This document shows, one piece after another, positions 26,001 through 41,000 of a stretch of 64,000 nucleotides of DNA; position 1 is the stretch's first letter; each line of letters begins with the position of its first letter. The position numbers were made by a program, and so were the translations under genes. Source of the DNA: Rhynchopus sp. YZ270_cl-10 (Eukaryota); NCBI GenBank assembly GCA_964035575.1, contig OZ037836.1, positions 1-64,000 on the forward strand, written 5' to 3'. The notes under the pieces were generated by a model, which was not told the DNA's origin, made no database searches, and saw nothing but the letters and a program-made list of their open reading frames with translations.

Positions 26001-29000
26001 ATCTGGCACCCCTGAGTCCATTGCGGGGTCGTTTTTCCAAAACGTCGACCGGACTAATACCTAATATGACCCTGGGTATAGCGTACCGTCTCAGAAACAC
26101 CCCAAAATCAGTGTTTTTGAAGGGTTGTCACAGCTAAAATCGATGAAAAAATGTCAAAATCACTTTCCCGTGACCCAATAGCGTGAAATATGGCCCATGT
26201 GGGCCCCCAGGACCTATAACACCCCCAATCGGTCGAAACCATGCATATTTTACACCCCCAGATACATGTGCCCATGGGGTGCCAGACCCCAAAATCATGA
26301 TTTTTTCATGATTTTTGGCCGGATGCACTGACCAGCAGGGCCATACCGTCTACCGGGGCAACCATATTTTTGAAAACTCGGCCTTGCATAGGGCCCAGTA
26401 TGTCCCACAGGGTATATTGCCCCAGTATCAGGTCCCCGCACAAGCCAAACCAATATTTTAAAATTGATTTTTTTGAAAAAAATATTTTTCAAAAAAAATC
26501 GTGATTTTTGGGATTTTGGTGATTTTTACAGTTTTGCACACCCTGAAAATCGGTTTTTTCGGCTCCGCAGGTGAAATATCGACATAATTTAGGTATGTTA
26601 TGTGCATAATATACCCATTAGAGCCCATTCAAGTCACATTCCGACCATTTTTCCTGAAAAGGAGCTCCAGTCTCAGTGTCTTGCTGAGATCCCGCCTTAA
26701 TTCCCGCTACACAATTTCACAGCTCCAGTCTGAGCGTCTCGCTGAGATCCCGCCTTAATTCCCGCTACACAATTTCACGGCTCCAGTCTGAGCGTCTCGC
26801 TGAGATCCCGCCTTAATTCCCGCTACACAATTTCACGGCTCCAGTCTGAGCGTCTCGCTGAGATCCCGCCTTAATTCCCGCTACACAACTTCACAGTGTC
26901 TAGCTGACACCCAGCCTGAGTACCCTCTACAAAGGTCTGAAGACCACAAAAAACACCCTATTTTTGACCCTGAAAACATGATTTTAGCAAATAGGGCAAC
27001 TAGTTTGGTGATGCAGCGACCGACTCATGGGCCCAGTATGTCCAACAGGGCCATATGTTTGGTAAATTGTACCGGGGGCAAGGGGATGTACAAAAAAAAA
27101 GTGGATTTTTTACCTTACCAGTAAAAAAATGGCCAAAAATAGGCCAAAAATGGCCATTTTTCGGCCATGTGACCCCCACAGCAACCCTATATAGACCCCT
27201 AAAAACCTAATACTTTTTTCCCAGCGATGTGTCCTGGGGGCCCTTCGGGCCCCCAGGACACATTGCAACCCCGTTTTTTCAAAAAGTTGGCCCTACGGGC
27301 CAACTTTTTGAGGTGGCCTGTAGGGTGACCCCTTCAAAAAGCTGGAACCCGGATTTTGGGGTCAGGGGTCCGTTTATGCACTTTTATGTATAAAAAAATG
27401 TCTGGGGCGAGAAAATGCAAATTTTTGCCTGCAAACACACTGCATACTACTACAGGACCATATTCCATCTTATCAGGAAAAATTTCGGAGGTGTTAGTCA
27501 TAAAAACAATTTAAAATTTTTTGAAAAAACATGAGATCTGGATAAAAGTTTTGACTGTACCTGTGGAAGGTGGGATTTTGCCTGTGTTTTGACTTTTTTT
27601 TTCAGTAAATAAACTTCTACTCATCTCCGGAGGCCGTCCGAGGTCGCAATTAACTCATTTTGACAATTTAGGGCCATATACCGCCCGTTTTTTCAAAAAG
27701 TTGAATATTTTGGCCCCCAGGATTGGGTACAGCGTGTACTGAACCCAGATTTTCGAAAAATCTCAACTTTTGAAATTGGTCACTTATGGCAGCATGTATC
27801 TGACACCCAATTTTGACTTTTCCCGTGAATCCATTTTGGTGCATATACACTATCTGGCACCCCTGAGTCCATTGCGGGGTCGTTTTTCCAAAACGTCGAC
27901 CGGACTAATACCTAATATGACCCTGGGTATAGCGTACCGTCTCAGAAACACCCCAAAATCAGTGTTTTTGAAGGGTTGTCACAGCTAAAATCGATGAAAA
28001 AATGTCAAAATCACTTTCCCGTGACCCAATAGCGTGAAATATGGCCCATGTGGGCCCCCAGGACCTATAACACCCCCAATCGGTCGAAACCATGCATATT
28101 TTACACCCCCAGATACATGTGCCCATGGGGTGCCAGACCCCAAAATCATGATTTTTTCATGATTTTTGGCCGGATGCACTGACCAGCAGGGCCATACCGT
28201 CTACCGGGGCAACCATATTTTTGAAAACTCGGCCTTGCATAGGGCCCAGTATGTCCCACAGGGTATATTGCCCCAGTATCAGGTCCCCGCACAAGCCAAA
28301 CCAATATTTTAAAATTGATTTTTTTGAAAAAAATATTTTTCAAAAAAAATCGTGATTTTTGGGATTTTGGTGATTTTTACAGTTTTGCACACCCTGAAAA
28401 TCGGTTTTTTCGGCTCCGCAGGTGAAATATCGACATAATTTAGGTATGTTATGTGCATAATATACCCATTAGAGCCCATTCAAGTCACATTCCGACCATT
28501 TTTCCTGAAAAGGAGCTCCAGTCTCAGTGTCTTGCTGAGATCCCGCCTTAATTCCCGCTACACAATTTCACAGCTCCAGTCTGAGCGTCTCGCTGAGATC
28601 CCGCCTTAATTCCCGCTACACAATTTCACGGCTCCAGTCTGAGCGTCTCGCTGAGATCCCGCCTTAATTCCCGCTACACAATTTCACGGCTCCAGTCTGA
28701 GCGTCTCGCTGAGATCCCGCCTTAATTCCCGCTACACAACTTCACAGTGTCTAGCTGACACCCAGCCTGAGTACCCTCTACAAAGGTCTGAAGACCACAA
28801 AAAACACCCTATTTTTGACCCTGAAAACATGATTTTAGCAAATAGGGCAACTAGTTTGGTGATGCAGCGACCGACTCATGGGCCCAGTATGTCCAACAGG
28901 GCCATATGTTTGGTAAATTGTACCGGGGGCAAGGGGATGTACAAAAAAAAAGTGGATTTTTTACCTTACCAGTAAAAAAATGGCCAAAAATAGGCCAAAA

Positions 29001-32000
29001 ATGGCCATTTTTCGGCCATGTGACCCCCACAGCAACCCTATATAGACCCCTAAAAACCTAATACTTTTTTCCCAGCGATGTGTCCTGGGGGCCCTTCGGG
29101 CCCCCAGGACACATTGCAACCCCGTTTTTTCAAAAAGTTGGCCCTACGGGCCAACTTTTTGAGGTGGCCTGTAGGGTGACCCCTTCAAAAAGCTGGAACC
29201 CGGATTTTGGGGTCAGGGGTCCGTTTATGCACTTTTATGTATAAAAAAATGTCTGGGGCGAGAAAATGCAAATTTTTGCCTGCAAACACACTGCATACTA
29301 CTACAGGACCATATTCCATCTTATCAGGAAAAATTTCGGAGGTGTTAGTCATAAAAACAATTTAAAATTTTTTGAAAAAACATGAGATCTGGATAAAAGT
29401 TTTGACTGTACCTGTGGAAGGTGGGATTTTGCCTGTGTTTTGACTTTTTTTTTCAGTAAATAAACTTCTACTCATCTCCGGAGGCCGTCCGAGGTCGCAA
29501 TTAACTCATTTTGACAATTTAGGGCCATATACCGCCCGTTTTTTCAAAAAGTTGAAAATTTTGGCCCCCAGGATTGGGTACAGCGTGTACTGAACCCAGA
29601 TTTTCGAAAAATCTCAACTTTTGAAATTGGTCACTTATGGCAGCATGTATCTGACACCCAATTTTGACTTTTCCCGTGAATCCATTTTGGTGCATATACA
29701 CTATCTGGCACCCCTGAGTCCATTGCGGGGTCGTTTTTCCAAAACGTCGACCGGACTAATACCTAATATGACCCTGGGTATAGCGTACCGTCTCAGAAAC
29801 ACCCCAAAATCAGTGTTTTTGAAGGGTTGTCACAGCTAAAATCGATGAAAAAATGTCAAAATCACTTTCCCGTGACCCAATAGCGTGAAATATGGCCCAT
29901 GTGGGCCCCCAGGACCTATAACACCCCCAATCGGTCGAAACCATGCATATTTTACACCCCCAGATACATGTGCCCATGGGGTGCCAGACCCCAAAATCAT
30001 GATTTTTTCATGATTTTTGGCCGGATGCACTGACCAGCAGGGCCATACCGTCTACCGGGGCAACCATATTTTTGAAAACTCGGCCTTGCATAGGGCCCAG
30101 TATGTCCCACAGGGTATATTGCCCCAGTATCAGGTCCCCGCACAAGCCAAACCAATATTTTAAAATTGATTTTTTTGAAAAAAATATTTTTCAAAAAAAA
30201 TCGTGATTTTTGGGATTTTGGTGATTTTTACAGTTTTGCACACCCTGAAAATCGGTTTTTTCGGCTCCGCAGGTGAAATATCGACATAATTTAGGTATGT
30301 TATGTGCATAATATACCCATTAGAGCCCATTCAAGTCACATTCCGACCATTTTTCCTGAAAAGGAGCTCCAGTCTCAGTGTCTTGCTGAGATCCCGCCTT
30401 AATTCCCGCTACACAATTTCACAGCTCCAGTCTGAGCGTCTCGCTGAGATCCCGCCTTAATTCCCGCTACACAATTTCACGGCTCCAGTCTGAGCGTCTC
30501 GCTGAGATCCCGCCTTAATTCCCGCTACACAATTTCACGGCTCCAGTCTGAGCGTCTCGCTGAGATCCCGCCTTAATTCCCGCTACACAACTTCACAGTG
30601 TCTAGCTGACACCCAGCCTGAGTACCCTCTACAAAGGTCTGAAGACCACAAAAAACACCCTATTTTTGACCCTGAAAACATGATTTTAGCAAATAGGGCA
30701 ACTAGTTTGGTGATGCAGCGACCGACTCATGGGCCCAGTATGTCCAACAGGGCCATATGTTTGGTAAATTGTACCGGGGGCAAGGGGATGTACAAAAAAA
30801 AAGTGGATTTTTTACCTTACCAGTAAAAAAATGGCCAAAAATAGGCCAAAAATGGCCATTTTTCGGCCATGTGACCCCCACAGCAACCCTATATAGACCC
30901 CTAAAAACCTAATACTTTTTTCCCAGCGATGTGTCCTGGGGGCCCTTCGGGCCCCCAGGACACATTGCAACCCCGTTTTTTCAAAAAGTTGGCCCTACGG
31001 GCCAACTTTTTGAGGTGGCCTGTAGGGTGACCCCTTCAAAAAGCTGGAACCCGGATTTTGGGGTCAGGGGTCCGTTTATGCACTTTTATGTATAAAAAAA
31101 TGTCTGGGGCGAGAAAATGCAAATTTTTGCCTGCAAACACACTGCATACTACTACAGGACCATATTCCATCTTATCAGGAAAAATTTCGGAGGTGTTAGT
31201 CATAAAAACAATTTAAAATTTTTTGAAAAAACATGAGATCTGGATAAAAGTTTTGACTGTACCTGTGGAAGGTGGGATTTTGCCTGTGTTTTGACTTTTT
31301 TTTTCAGTAAATAAACTTCTACTCATCTCCGGAGGCCGTCCGAGGTCGCAATTAACTCATTTTGACAATTTAGGGCCATATACCGCCCGTTTTTTCAAAA
31401 AGTTGAAAATTTTGGCCCCCAGGATTGGGTACAGCGTGTACTGAACCCAGATTTTCGAAAAATCTCAACTTTTGAAATTGGTCACTTATGGCAGCATGTA
31501 TCTGACACCCAATTTTGACTTTTCCCGTGAATCCATTTTGGTGCATATACACTATCTGGCACCCCTGAGTCCATTGCGGGGTCGTTTTTCCAAAACGTCG
31601 ACCGGACTAATACCTAATATGACCCTGGGTATAGCGTACCGTCTCAGAAACACCCCAAAATCAGTGTTTTTGAAGGGTTGTCACAGCTAAAATCGATGAA
31701 AAAATGTCAAAATCACTTTCCCGTGACCCAATAGCGTGAAATATGGCCCATGTGGGCCCCCAGGACCTATAACACCCCCAATCGGTCGAAACCATGCATA
31801 TTTTACACCCCCAGATACATGTGCCCATGGGGTGCCAGACCCCAAAATCATGATTTTTTCATGATTTTTGGCCGGATGCACTGACCAGCAGGGCCATACC
31901 GTCTACCGGGGCAACCATATTTTTGAAAACTCGGCCTTGCATAGGGCCCAGTATGTCCCACAGGGTATATTGCCCCAGTATCAGGTCCCCGCACAAGCCA

Positions 32001-35000
32001 AACCAATATTTTAAAATTGATTTTTTTGAAAAAAATATTTTTCAAAAAAAATCGTGATTTTTGGGATTTTGGTGATTTTTACAGTTTTGCACACCCTGAA
32101 AATCGGTTTTTTCGGCTCCGCAGGTGAAATATCGACATAATTTAGGTATGTTATGTGCATAATATACCCATTAGAGCCCATTCAAGTCACATTCCGACCA
32201 TTTTTCCTGAAAAGGAGCTCCAGTCTCAGTGTCTTGCTGAGATCCCGCCTTAATTCCCGCTACACAATTTCACAGCTCCAGTCTGAGCGTCTCGCTGAGA
32301 TCCCGCCTTAATTCCCGCTACACAATTTCACGGCTCCAGTCTGAGCGTCTCGCTGAGATCCCGCCTTAATTCCCGCTACACAATTTCACGGCTCCAGTCT
32401 GAGCGTCTCGCTGAGATCCCGCCTTAATTCCCGCTACACAACTTCACAGTGTCTAGCTGACACCCAGCCTGAGTACCCTCTACAAAGGTCTGAAGACCAC
32501 AAAAAACACCCTATTTTTGACCCTGAAAACATGATTTTAGCAAATAGGGCAACTAGTTTGGTGATGCAGCGACCGACTCATGGGCCCAGTATGTCCAACA
32601 GGGCCATATGTTTGGTAAATTGTACCGGGGGCAAGGGGATGTACAAAAAAAAAGTGGATTTTTTACCTTACCAGTAAAAAAATGGCCAAAAATAGGCCAA
32701 AAATGGCCATTTTTCGGCCATGTGACCCCCACAGCAACCCTATATAGACCCCTAAAAACCTAATACTTTTTTCCCAGCGATGTGTCCTGGGGGCCCTTCG
32801 GGCCCCCAGGACACATTGCAACCCCGTTTTTTCAAAAAGTTGGCCCTACGGGCCAACTTTTTGAGGTGGCCTGTAGGGTGACCCCTTCAAAAAGCTGGAA
32901 CCCGGATTTTGGGGTCAGGGGTCCGTTTATGCACTTTTATGTATAAAAAAATGTCTGGGGCGAGAAAATGCAAATTTTTGCCTGCAAACACACTGCATAC
33001 TACTACAGGACCATATTCCATCTTATCAGGAAAAATTTCGGAGGTGTTAGTCATAAAAACAATTTAAAATTTTTTGAAAAAACATGAGATCTGGATAAAA
33101 GTTTTGACTGTACCTGTGGAAGGTGGGATTTTGCCTGTGTTTTGACTTTTTTTTTCAGTAAATAAACTTCTACTCATCTCCGGAGGCCGTCCGAGGTCGC
33201 AATTAACTCATTTTGACAATTTAGGGCCATATACCGCCCGTTTTTTCAAAAAGTTGAAAATTTTGGCCCCCAGGATTGGGTACAGCGTGTACTGAACCCA
33301 GATTTTCGAAAAATCTCAACTTTTGAAATTGGTCACTTATGGCAGCATGTATCTGACACCCAATTTTGACTTTTCCCGTGAATCCATTTTGGTGCATATA
33401 CACTATCTGGCACCCCTGAGTCCATTGCGGGGTCGTTTTTCCAAAACGTCGACCGGACTAATACCTAATATGACCCTGGGTATAGCGTACCGTCTCAGAA
33501 ACACCCCAAAATCAGTGTTTTTGAAGGGTTGTCACAGCTAAAATCGATGAAAAAATGTCAAAATCACTTTCCCGTGACCCAATAGCGTGAAATATGGCCC
33601 ATGTGGGCCCCCAGGACCTATAACACCCCCAATCGGTCGAAACCATGCATATTTTACACCCCCAGATACATGTGCCCATGGGGTGCCAGACCCCAAAATC
33701 ATGATTTTTTCATGATTTTTGGCCGGATGCACTGACCAGCAGGGCCATACCGTCTACCGGGGCAACCATATTTTTGAAAACTCGGCCTTGCATAGGGCCC
33801 AGTATGTCCCACAGGGTATATTGCCCCAGTATCAGGTCCCCGCACAAGCCAAACCAATATTTTAAAATTGATTTTTTTGAAAAAAATATTTTTCAAAAAA
33901 AATCGTGATTTTTGGGATTTTGGTGATTTTTACAGTTTTGCACACCCTGAAAATCGGTTTTTTCGGCTCCGCAGGTGAAATATCGACATAATTTAGGTAT
34001 GTTATGTGCATAATATACCCATTAGAGCCCATTCAAGTCACATTCCGACCATTTTTCCTGAAAAGGAGCTCCAGTCTCAGTGTCTTGCTGAGATCCCGCC
34101 TTAATTCCCGCTACACAATTTCACAGCTCCAGTCTGAGCGTCTCGCTGAGATCCCGCCTTAATTCCCGCTACACAATTTCACGGCTCCAGTCTGAGCGTC
34201 TCGCTGAGATCCCGCCTTAATTCCCGCTACACAATTTCACGGCTCCAGTCTGAGCGTCTCGCTGAGATCCCGCCTTAATTCCCGCTACACAACTTCACAG
34301 TGTCTAGCTGACACCCAGCCTGAGTACCCTCTACAAAGGTCTGAAGACCACAAAAAACACCCTATTTTTGACCCTGAAAACATGATTTTAGCAAATAGGG
34401 CAACTAGTTTGGTGATGCAGCGACCGACTCATGGGCCCAGTATGTCCAACAGGGCCATATGTTTGGTAAATTGTACCGGGGGCAAGGGGATGTACAAAAA
34501 AAAAGTGGATTTTTTACCTTACCAGTAAAAAAATGGCCAAAAATAGGCCAAAAATGGCCATTTTTCGGCCATGTGACCCCCACAGCAACCCTATATAGAC
34601 CCCTAAAAACCTAATACTTTTTTCCCAGCGATGTGTCCTGGGGGCCCTTCGGGCCCCCAGGACACATTGCAACCCCGTTTTTTCAAAAAGTTGGCCCTAC
34701 GGGCCAACTTTTTGAGGTGGCCTGTAGGGTGACCCCTTCAAAAAGCTGGAACCCGGATTTTGGGGTCAGGGGTCCGTTTATGCACTTTTATGTATAAAAA
34801 AATGTCTGGGGCGAGAAAATGCAAATTTTTGCCTGCAAACACACTGCATACTACTACAGGACCATATTCCATCTTATCAGGAAAAATTTCGGAGGTGTTA
34901 GTCATAAAAACAATTTAAAATTTTTTGAAAAAACATGAGATCTGGATAAAAGTTTTGACTGTACCTGTGGAAGGTGGGATTTTGCCTGTGTTTTGACTTT

Positions 35001-38000
35001 TTTTTTCAGTAAATAAACTTCTACTCATCTCCGGAGGCCGTCCGAGGTCGCAATTAACTCATTTTGACAATTTAGGGCCATATACCGCCCGTTTTTTCAA
35101 AAAGTTGAAAATTTTGGCCCCCAGGATTGGGTACAGCGTGTACTGAACCCAGATTTTCGAAAAATCTCAACTTTTGAAATTGGTCACTTATGGCAGCATG
35201 TATCTGACACCCAATTTTGACTTTTCCCGTGAATCCATTTTGGTGCATATACACTATCTGGCACCCCTGAGTCCATTGCGGGGTCGTTTTTCCAAAACGT
35301 CGACCGGACTAATACCTAATATGACCCTGGGTATAGCGTACCGTCTCAGAAACACCCCAAAATCAGTGTTTTTGAAGGGTTGTCACAGCTAAAATCGATG
35401 AAAAAATGTCAAAATCACTTTCCCGTGACCCAATAGCGTGAAATATGGCCCATGTGGGCCCCCAGGACCTATAACACCCCCAATCGGTCGAAACCATGCA
35501 TATTTTACACCCCCAGATACATGTGCCCATGGGGTGCCAGACCCCAAAATCATGATTTTTTCATGATTTTTGGCCGGATGCACTGACCAGCAGGGCCATA
35601 CCGTCTACCGGGGCAACCATATTTTTGAAAACTCGGCCTTGCATAGGGCCCAGTATGTCCCACAGGGTATATTGCCCCAGTATCAGGTCCCCGCACAAGC
35701 CAAACCAATATTTTAAAATTGATTTTTTTGAAAAAAATATTTTTCAAAAAAAATCGTGATTTTTGGGATTTTGGTGATTTTTACAGTTTTGCACACCCTG
35801 AAAATCGGTTTTTTCGGCTCCGCAGGTGAAATATCGACATAATTTAGGTATGTTATGTGCATAATATACCCATTAGAGCCCATTCAAGTCACATTCCGAC
35901 CATTTTTCCTGAAAAGGAGCTCCAGTCTCAGTGTCTTGCTGAGATCCCGCCTTAATTCCCGCTACACAATTTCACAGCTCCAGTCTGAGCGTCTCGCTGA
36001 GATCCCGCCTTAATTCCCGCTACACAATTTCACGGCTCCAGTCTGAGCGTCTCGCTGAGATCCCGCCTTAATTCCCGCTACACAATTTCACGGCTCCAGT
36101 CTGAGCGTCTCGCTGAGATCCCGCCTTAATTCCCGCTACACAACTTCACAGTGTCTAGCTGACACCCAGCCTGAGTACCCTCTACAAAGGTCTGAAGACC
36201 ACAAAAAACACCCTATTTTTGACCCTGAAAACATGATTTTAGCAAATAGGGCAACTAGTTTGGTGATGCAGCGACCGACTCATGGGCCCAGTATGTCCAA
36301 CAGGGCCATATGTTTGGTAAATTGTACCGGGGGCAAGGGGATGTACAAAAAAAAAGTGGATTTTTTACCTTACCAGTAAAAAAATGGCCAAAAATAGGCC
36401 AAAAATGGCCATTTTTCGGCCATGTGACCCCCACAGCAACCCTATATAGACCCCTAAAAACCTAATACTTTTTTCCCAGCGATGTGTCCTGGGGGCCCTT
36501 CGGGCCCCCAGGACACATTGCAACCCCGTTTTTTCAAAAAGTTGGCCCTACGGGCCAACTTTTTGAGGTGGCCTGTAGGGTGACCCCTTCAAAAAGCTGG
36601 AACCCGGATTTTGGGGTCAGGGGTCCGTTTATGCACTTTTATGTATAAAAAAATGTCTGGGGCGAGAAAATGCAAATTTTTGCCTGCAAACACACTGCAT
36701 ACTACTACAGGACCATATTCCATCTTATCAGGAAAAATTTCGGAGGTGTTAGTCATAAAAACAATTTAAAATTTTTTGAAAAAACATGAGATCTGGATAA
36801 AAGTTTTGACTGTACCTGTGGAAGGTGGGATTTTGCCTGTGTTTTGACTTTTTTTTTCAGTAAATAAACTTCTACTCATCTCCGGAGGCCGTCCGAGGTC
36901 GCAATTAACTCATTTTGACAATTTAGGGCCATATACCGCCCGTTTTTTCAAAAAGTTGAAAATTTTGGCCCCCAGGATTGGGTACAGCGTGTACTGAACC
37001 CAGATTTTCGAAAAATCTCAACTTTTGAAATTGGTCACTTATGGCAGCATGTATCTGACACCCAATTTTGACTTTTCCCGTGAATCCATTTTGGTGCATA
37101 TACACTATCTGGCACCCCTGAGTCCATTGCGGGGTCGTTTTTCCAAAACGTCGACCGGACTAATACCTAATATGACCCTGGGTATAGCGTACCGTCTCAG
37201 AAACACCCCAAAATCAGTGTTTTTGAAGGGTTGTCACAGCTAAAATCGATGAAAAAATGTCAAAATCACTTTCCCGTGACCCAATAGCGTGAAATATGGC
37301 CCATGTGGGCCCCCAGGACCTATAACACCCCCAATCGGTCGAAACCATGCATATTTTACACCCCCAGATACATGTGCCCATGGGGTGCCAGACCCCAAAA
37401 TCATGATTTTTTCATGATTTTTGGCCGGATGCACTGACCAGCAGGGCCATACCGTCTACCGGGGCAACCATATTTTTGAAAACTCGGCCTTGCATAGGGC
37501 CCAGTATGTCCCACAGGGTATATTGCCCCAGTATCAGGTCCCCGCACAAGCCAAACCAATATTTTAAAATTGATTTTTTTGAAAAAAATATTTTTCAAAA
37601 AAAATCGTGATTTTTGGGATTTTGGTGATTTTTACAGTTTTGCACACCCTGAAAATCGGTTTTTTCGGCTCCGCAGGTGAAATATCGACATAATTTAGGT
37701 ATGTTATGTGCATAATATACCCATTAGAGCCCATTCAAGTCACATTCCGACCATTTTTCCTGAAAAGGAGCTCCAGTCTCAGTGTCTTGCTGAGATCCCG
37801 CCTTAATTCCCGCTACACAATTTCACAGCTCCAGTCTGAGCGTCTCGCTGAGATCCCGCCTTAATTCCCGCTACACAATTTCACGGCTCCAGTCTGAGCG
37901 TCTCGCTGAGATCCCGCCTTAATTCCCGCTACACAATTTCACGGCTCCAGTCTGAGCGTCTCGCTGAGATCCCGCCTTAATTCCCGCTACACAACTTCAC

Positions 38001-41000
38001 AGTGTCTAGCTGACACCCAGCCTGAGTACCCTCTACAAAGGTCTGAAGACCACAAAAAACACCCTATTTTTGACCCTGAAAACATGATTTTAGCAAATAG
38101 GGCAACTAGTTTGGTGATGCAGCGACCGACTCATGGGCCCAGTATGTCCAACAGGGCCATATGTTTGGTAAATTGTACCGGGGGCAAGGGGATGTACAAA
38201 AAAAAAGTGGATTTTTTACCTTACCAGTAAAAAAATGGCCAAAAATAGGCCAAAAATGGCCATTTTTCGGCCATGTGACCCCCACAGCAACCCTATATAG
38301 ACCCCTAAAAACCTAATACTTTTTTCCCAGCGATGTGTCCTGGGGGCCCTTCGGGCCCCCAGGACACATTGCAACCCCGTTTTTTCAAAAAGTTGGCCCT
38401 ACGGGCCAACTTTTTGAGGTGGCCTGTAGGGTGACCCCTTCAAAAAGCTGGAACCCGGATTTTGGGGTCAGGGGTCCGTTTATGCACTTTTATGTATAAA
38501 AAAATGTCTGGGGCGAGAAAATGCAAATTTTTGCCTGCAAACACACTGCATACTACTACAGGACCATATTCCATCTTATCAGGAAAAATTTCGGAGGTGT
38601 TAGTCATAAAAACAATTTAAAATTTTTTGAAAAAACATGAGATCTGGATAAAAGTTTTGACTGTACCTGTGGAAGGTGGGATTTTGCCTGTGTTTTGACT
38701 TTTTTTTTCAGTAAATAAACTTCTACTCATCTCCGGAGGCCGTCCGAGGTCGCAATTAACTCATTTTGACAATTTAGGGCCATATACCGCCCGTTTTTTC
38801 AAAAAGTTGAAAATTTTGGCCCCCAGGATTGGGTACAGCGTGTACTGAACCCAGATTTTCGAAAAATCTCAACTTTTGAAATTGGTCACTTATGGCAGCA
38901 TGTATCTGACACCCAATTTTGACTTTTCCCGTGAATCCATTTTGGTGCATATACACTATCTGGCACCCCTGAGTCCATTGCGGGGTCGTTTTTCCAAAAC
39001 GTCGACCGGACTAATACCTAATATGACCCTGGGTATAGCGTACCGTCTCAGAAACACCCCAAAATCAGTGTTTTTGAAGGGTTGTCACAGCTAAAATCGA
39101 TGAAAAAATGTCAAAATCACTTTCCCGTGACCCAATAGCGTGAAATATGGCCCATGTGGGCCCCCAGGACCTATAACACCCCCAATCGGTCGAAACCATG
39201 CATATTTTACACCCCCAGATACATGTGCCCATGGGGTGCCAGACCCCAAAATCATGATTTTTTCATGATTTTTGGCCGGATGCACTGACCAGCAGGGCCA
39301 TACCGTCTACCGGGGCAACCATATTTTTGAAAACTCGGCCTTGCATAGGGCCCAGTATGTCCCACAGGGTATATTGCCCCAGTATCAGGTCCCCGCACAA
39401 GCCAAACCAATATTTTAAAATTGATTTTTTTGAAAAAAATATTTTTCAAAAAAAATCGTGATTTTTGGGATTTTGGTGATTTTTACAGTTTTGCACACCC
39501 TGAAAATCGGTTTTTTCGGCTCCGCAGGTGAAATATCGACATAATTTAGGTATGTTATGTGCATAATATACCCATTAGAGCCCATTCAAGTCACATTCCG
39601 ACCATTTTTCCTGAAAAGGAGCTCCAGTCTCAGTGTCTTGCTGAGATCCCGCCTTAATTCCCGCTACACAATTTCACAGCTCCAGTCTGAGCGTCTCGCT
39701 GAGATCCCGCCTTAATTCCCGCTACACAATTTCACGGCTCCAGTCTGAGCGTCTCGCTGAGATCCCGCCTTAATTCCCGCTACACAATTTCACGGCTCCA
39801 GTCTGAGCGTCTCGCTGAGATCCCGCCTTAATTCCCGCTACACAATTTCACGGCTCCAGTCTGAGCGTCTCGCTGAGATCCCGCCTTAATTCCCGCTACA
39901 CAACTTCACAGTGTCTAGCTGACACCCAGCCTGAGTACCCTCTACAAAGGTCTGAAGACCACAAAAAACACCCTATTTTTGACCCTGAAAACATGATTTT
40001 AGCAAATAGGGCAACTAGTTTGGTGATGCAGCGACCGACTCATGGGCCCAGTATGTCCAACAGGGCCATATGTTTGGTAAATTGTACCGGGGGCAAGGGG
40101 ATGTACAAAAAAAAAGTGGATTTTTTACCTTACCAGTAAAAAAATGGCCAAAAATAGGCCAAAAATGGCCATTTTTCGGCCATGTGACCCCCACAGCAAC
40201 CCTATATAGACCCCTAAAAACCTAATACTTTTTTCCCAGCGATGTGTCCTGGGGGCCCTTCGGGCCCCCAGGACACATTGCAACCCCGTTTTTTCAAAAA
40301 GTTGGCCCTACGGGCCAACTTTTTGAGGTGGCCTGTAGGGTGACCCCTTCAAAAAGCTGGAACCCGGATTTTGGGGTCAGGGGTCCGTTTATGCACTTTT
40401 ATGTATAAAAAAATGTCTGGGGCGAGAAAATGCAAATTTTTGCCTGCAAACACACTGCATACTACTACAGGACCATATTCCATCTTATCAGGAAAAATTT
40501 CGGAGGTGTTAGTCATAAAAACAATTTAAAATTTTTTGAAAAAACATGAGATCTGGATAAAAGTTTTGACTGTACCTGTGGAAGGTGGGATTTTGCCTGT
40601 GTTTTGACTTTTTTTTTCAGTAAATAAACTTCTACTCATCTCCGGAGGCCGTCCGAGGTCGCAATTAACTCATTTTGACAATTTAGGGCCATATACCGCC
40701 CGTTTTTTCAAAAAGTTGAAAATTTTGGCCCCCAGGATTGGGTACAGCGTGTACTGAACCCAGATTTTCGAAAAATCTCAACTTTTGAAATTGGTCACTT
40801 ATGGCAGCATGTATCTGACACCCAATTTTGACTTTTCCCGTGAATCCATTTTGGTGCATATACACTATCTGGCACCCCTGAGTCCATTGCGGGGTCGTTT
40901 TTCCAAAACGTCGACCGGACTAATACCTAATATGACCCTGGGTATAGCGTACCGTCTCAGAAACACCCCAAAATCAGTGTTTTTGAAGGGTTGTCACAGC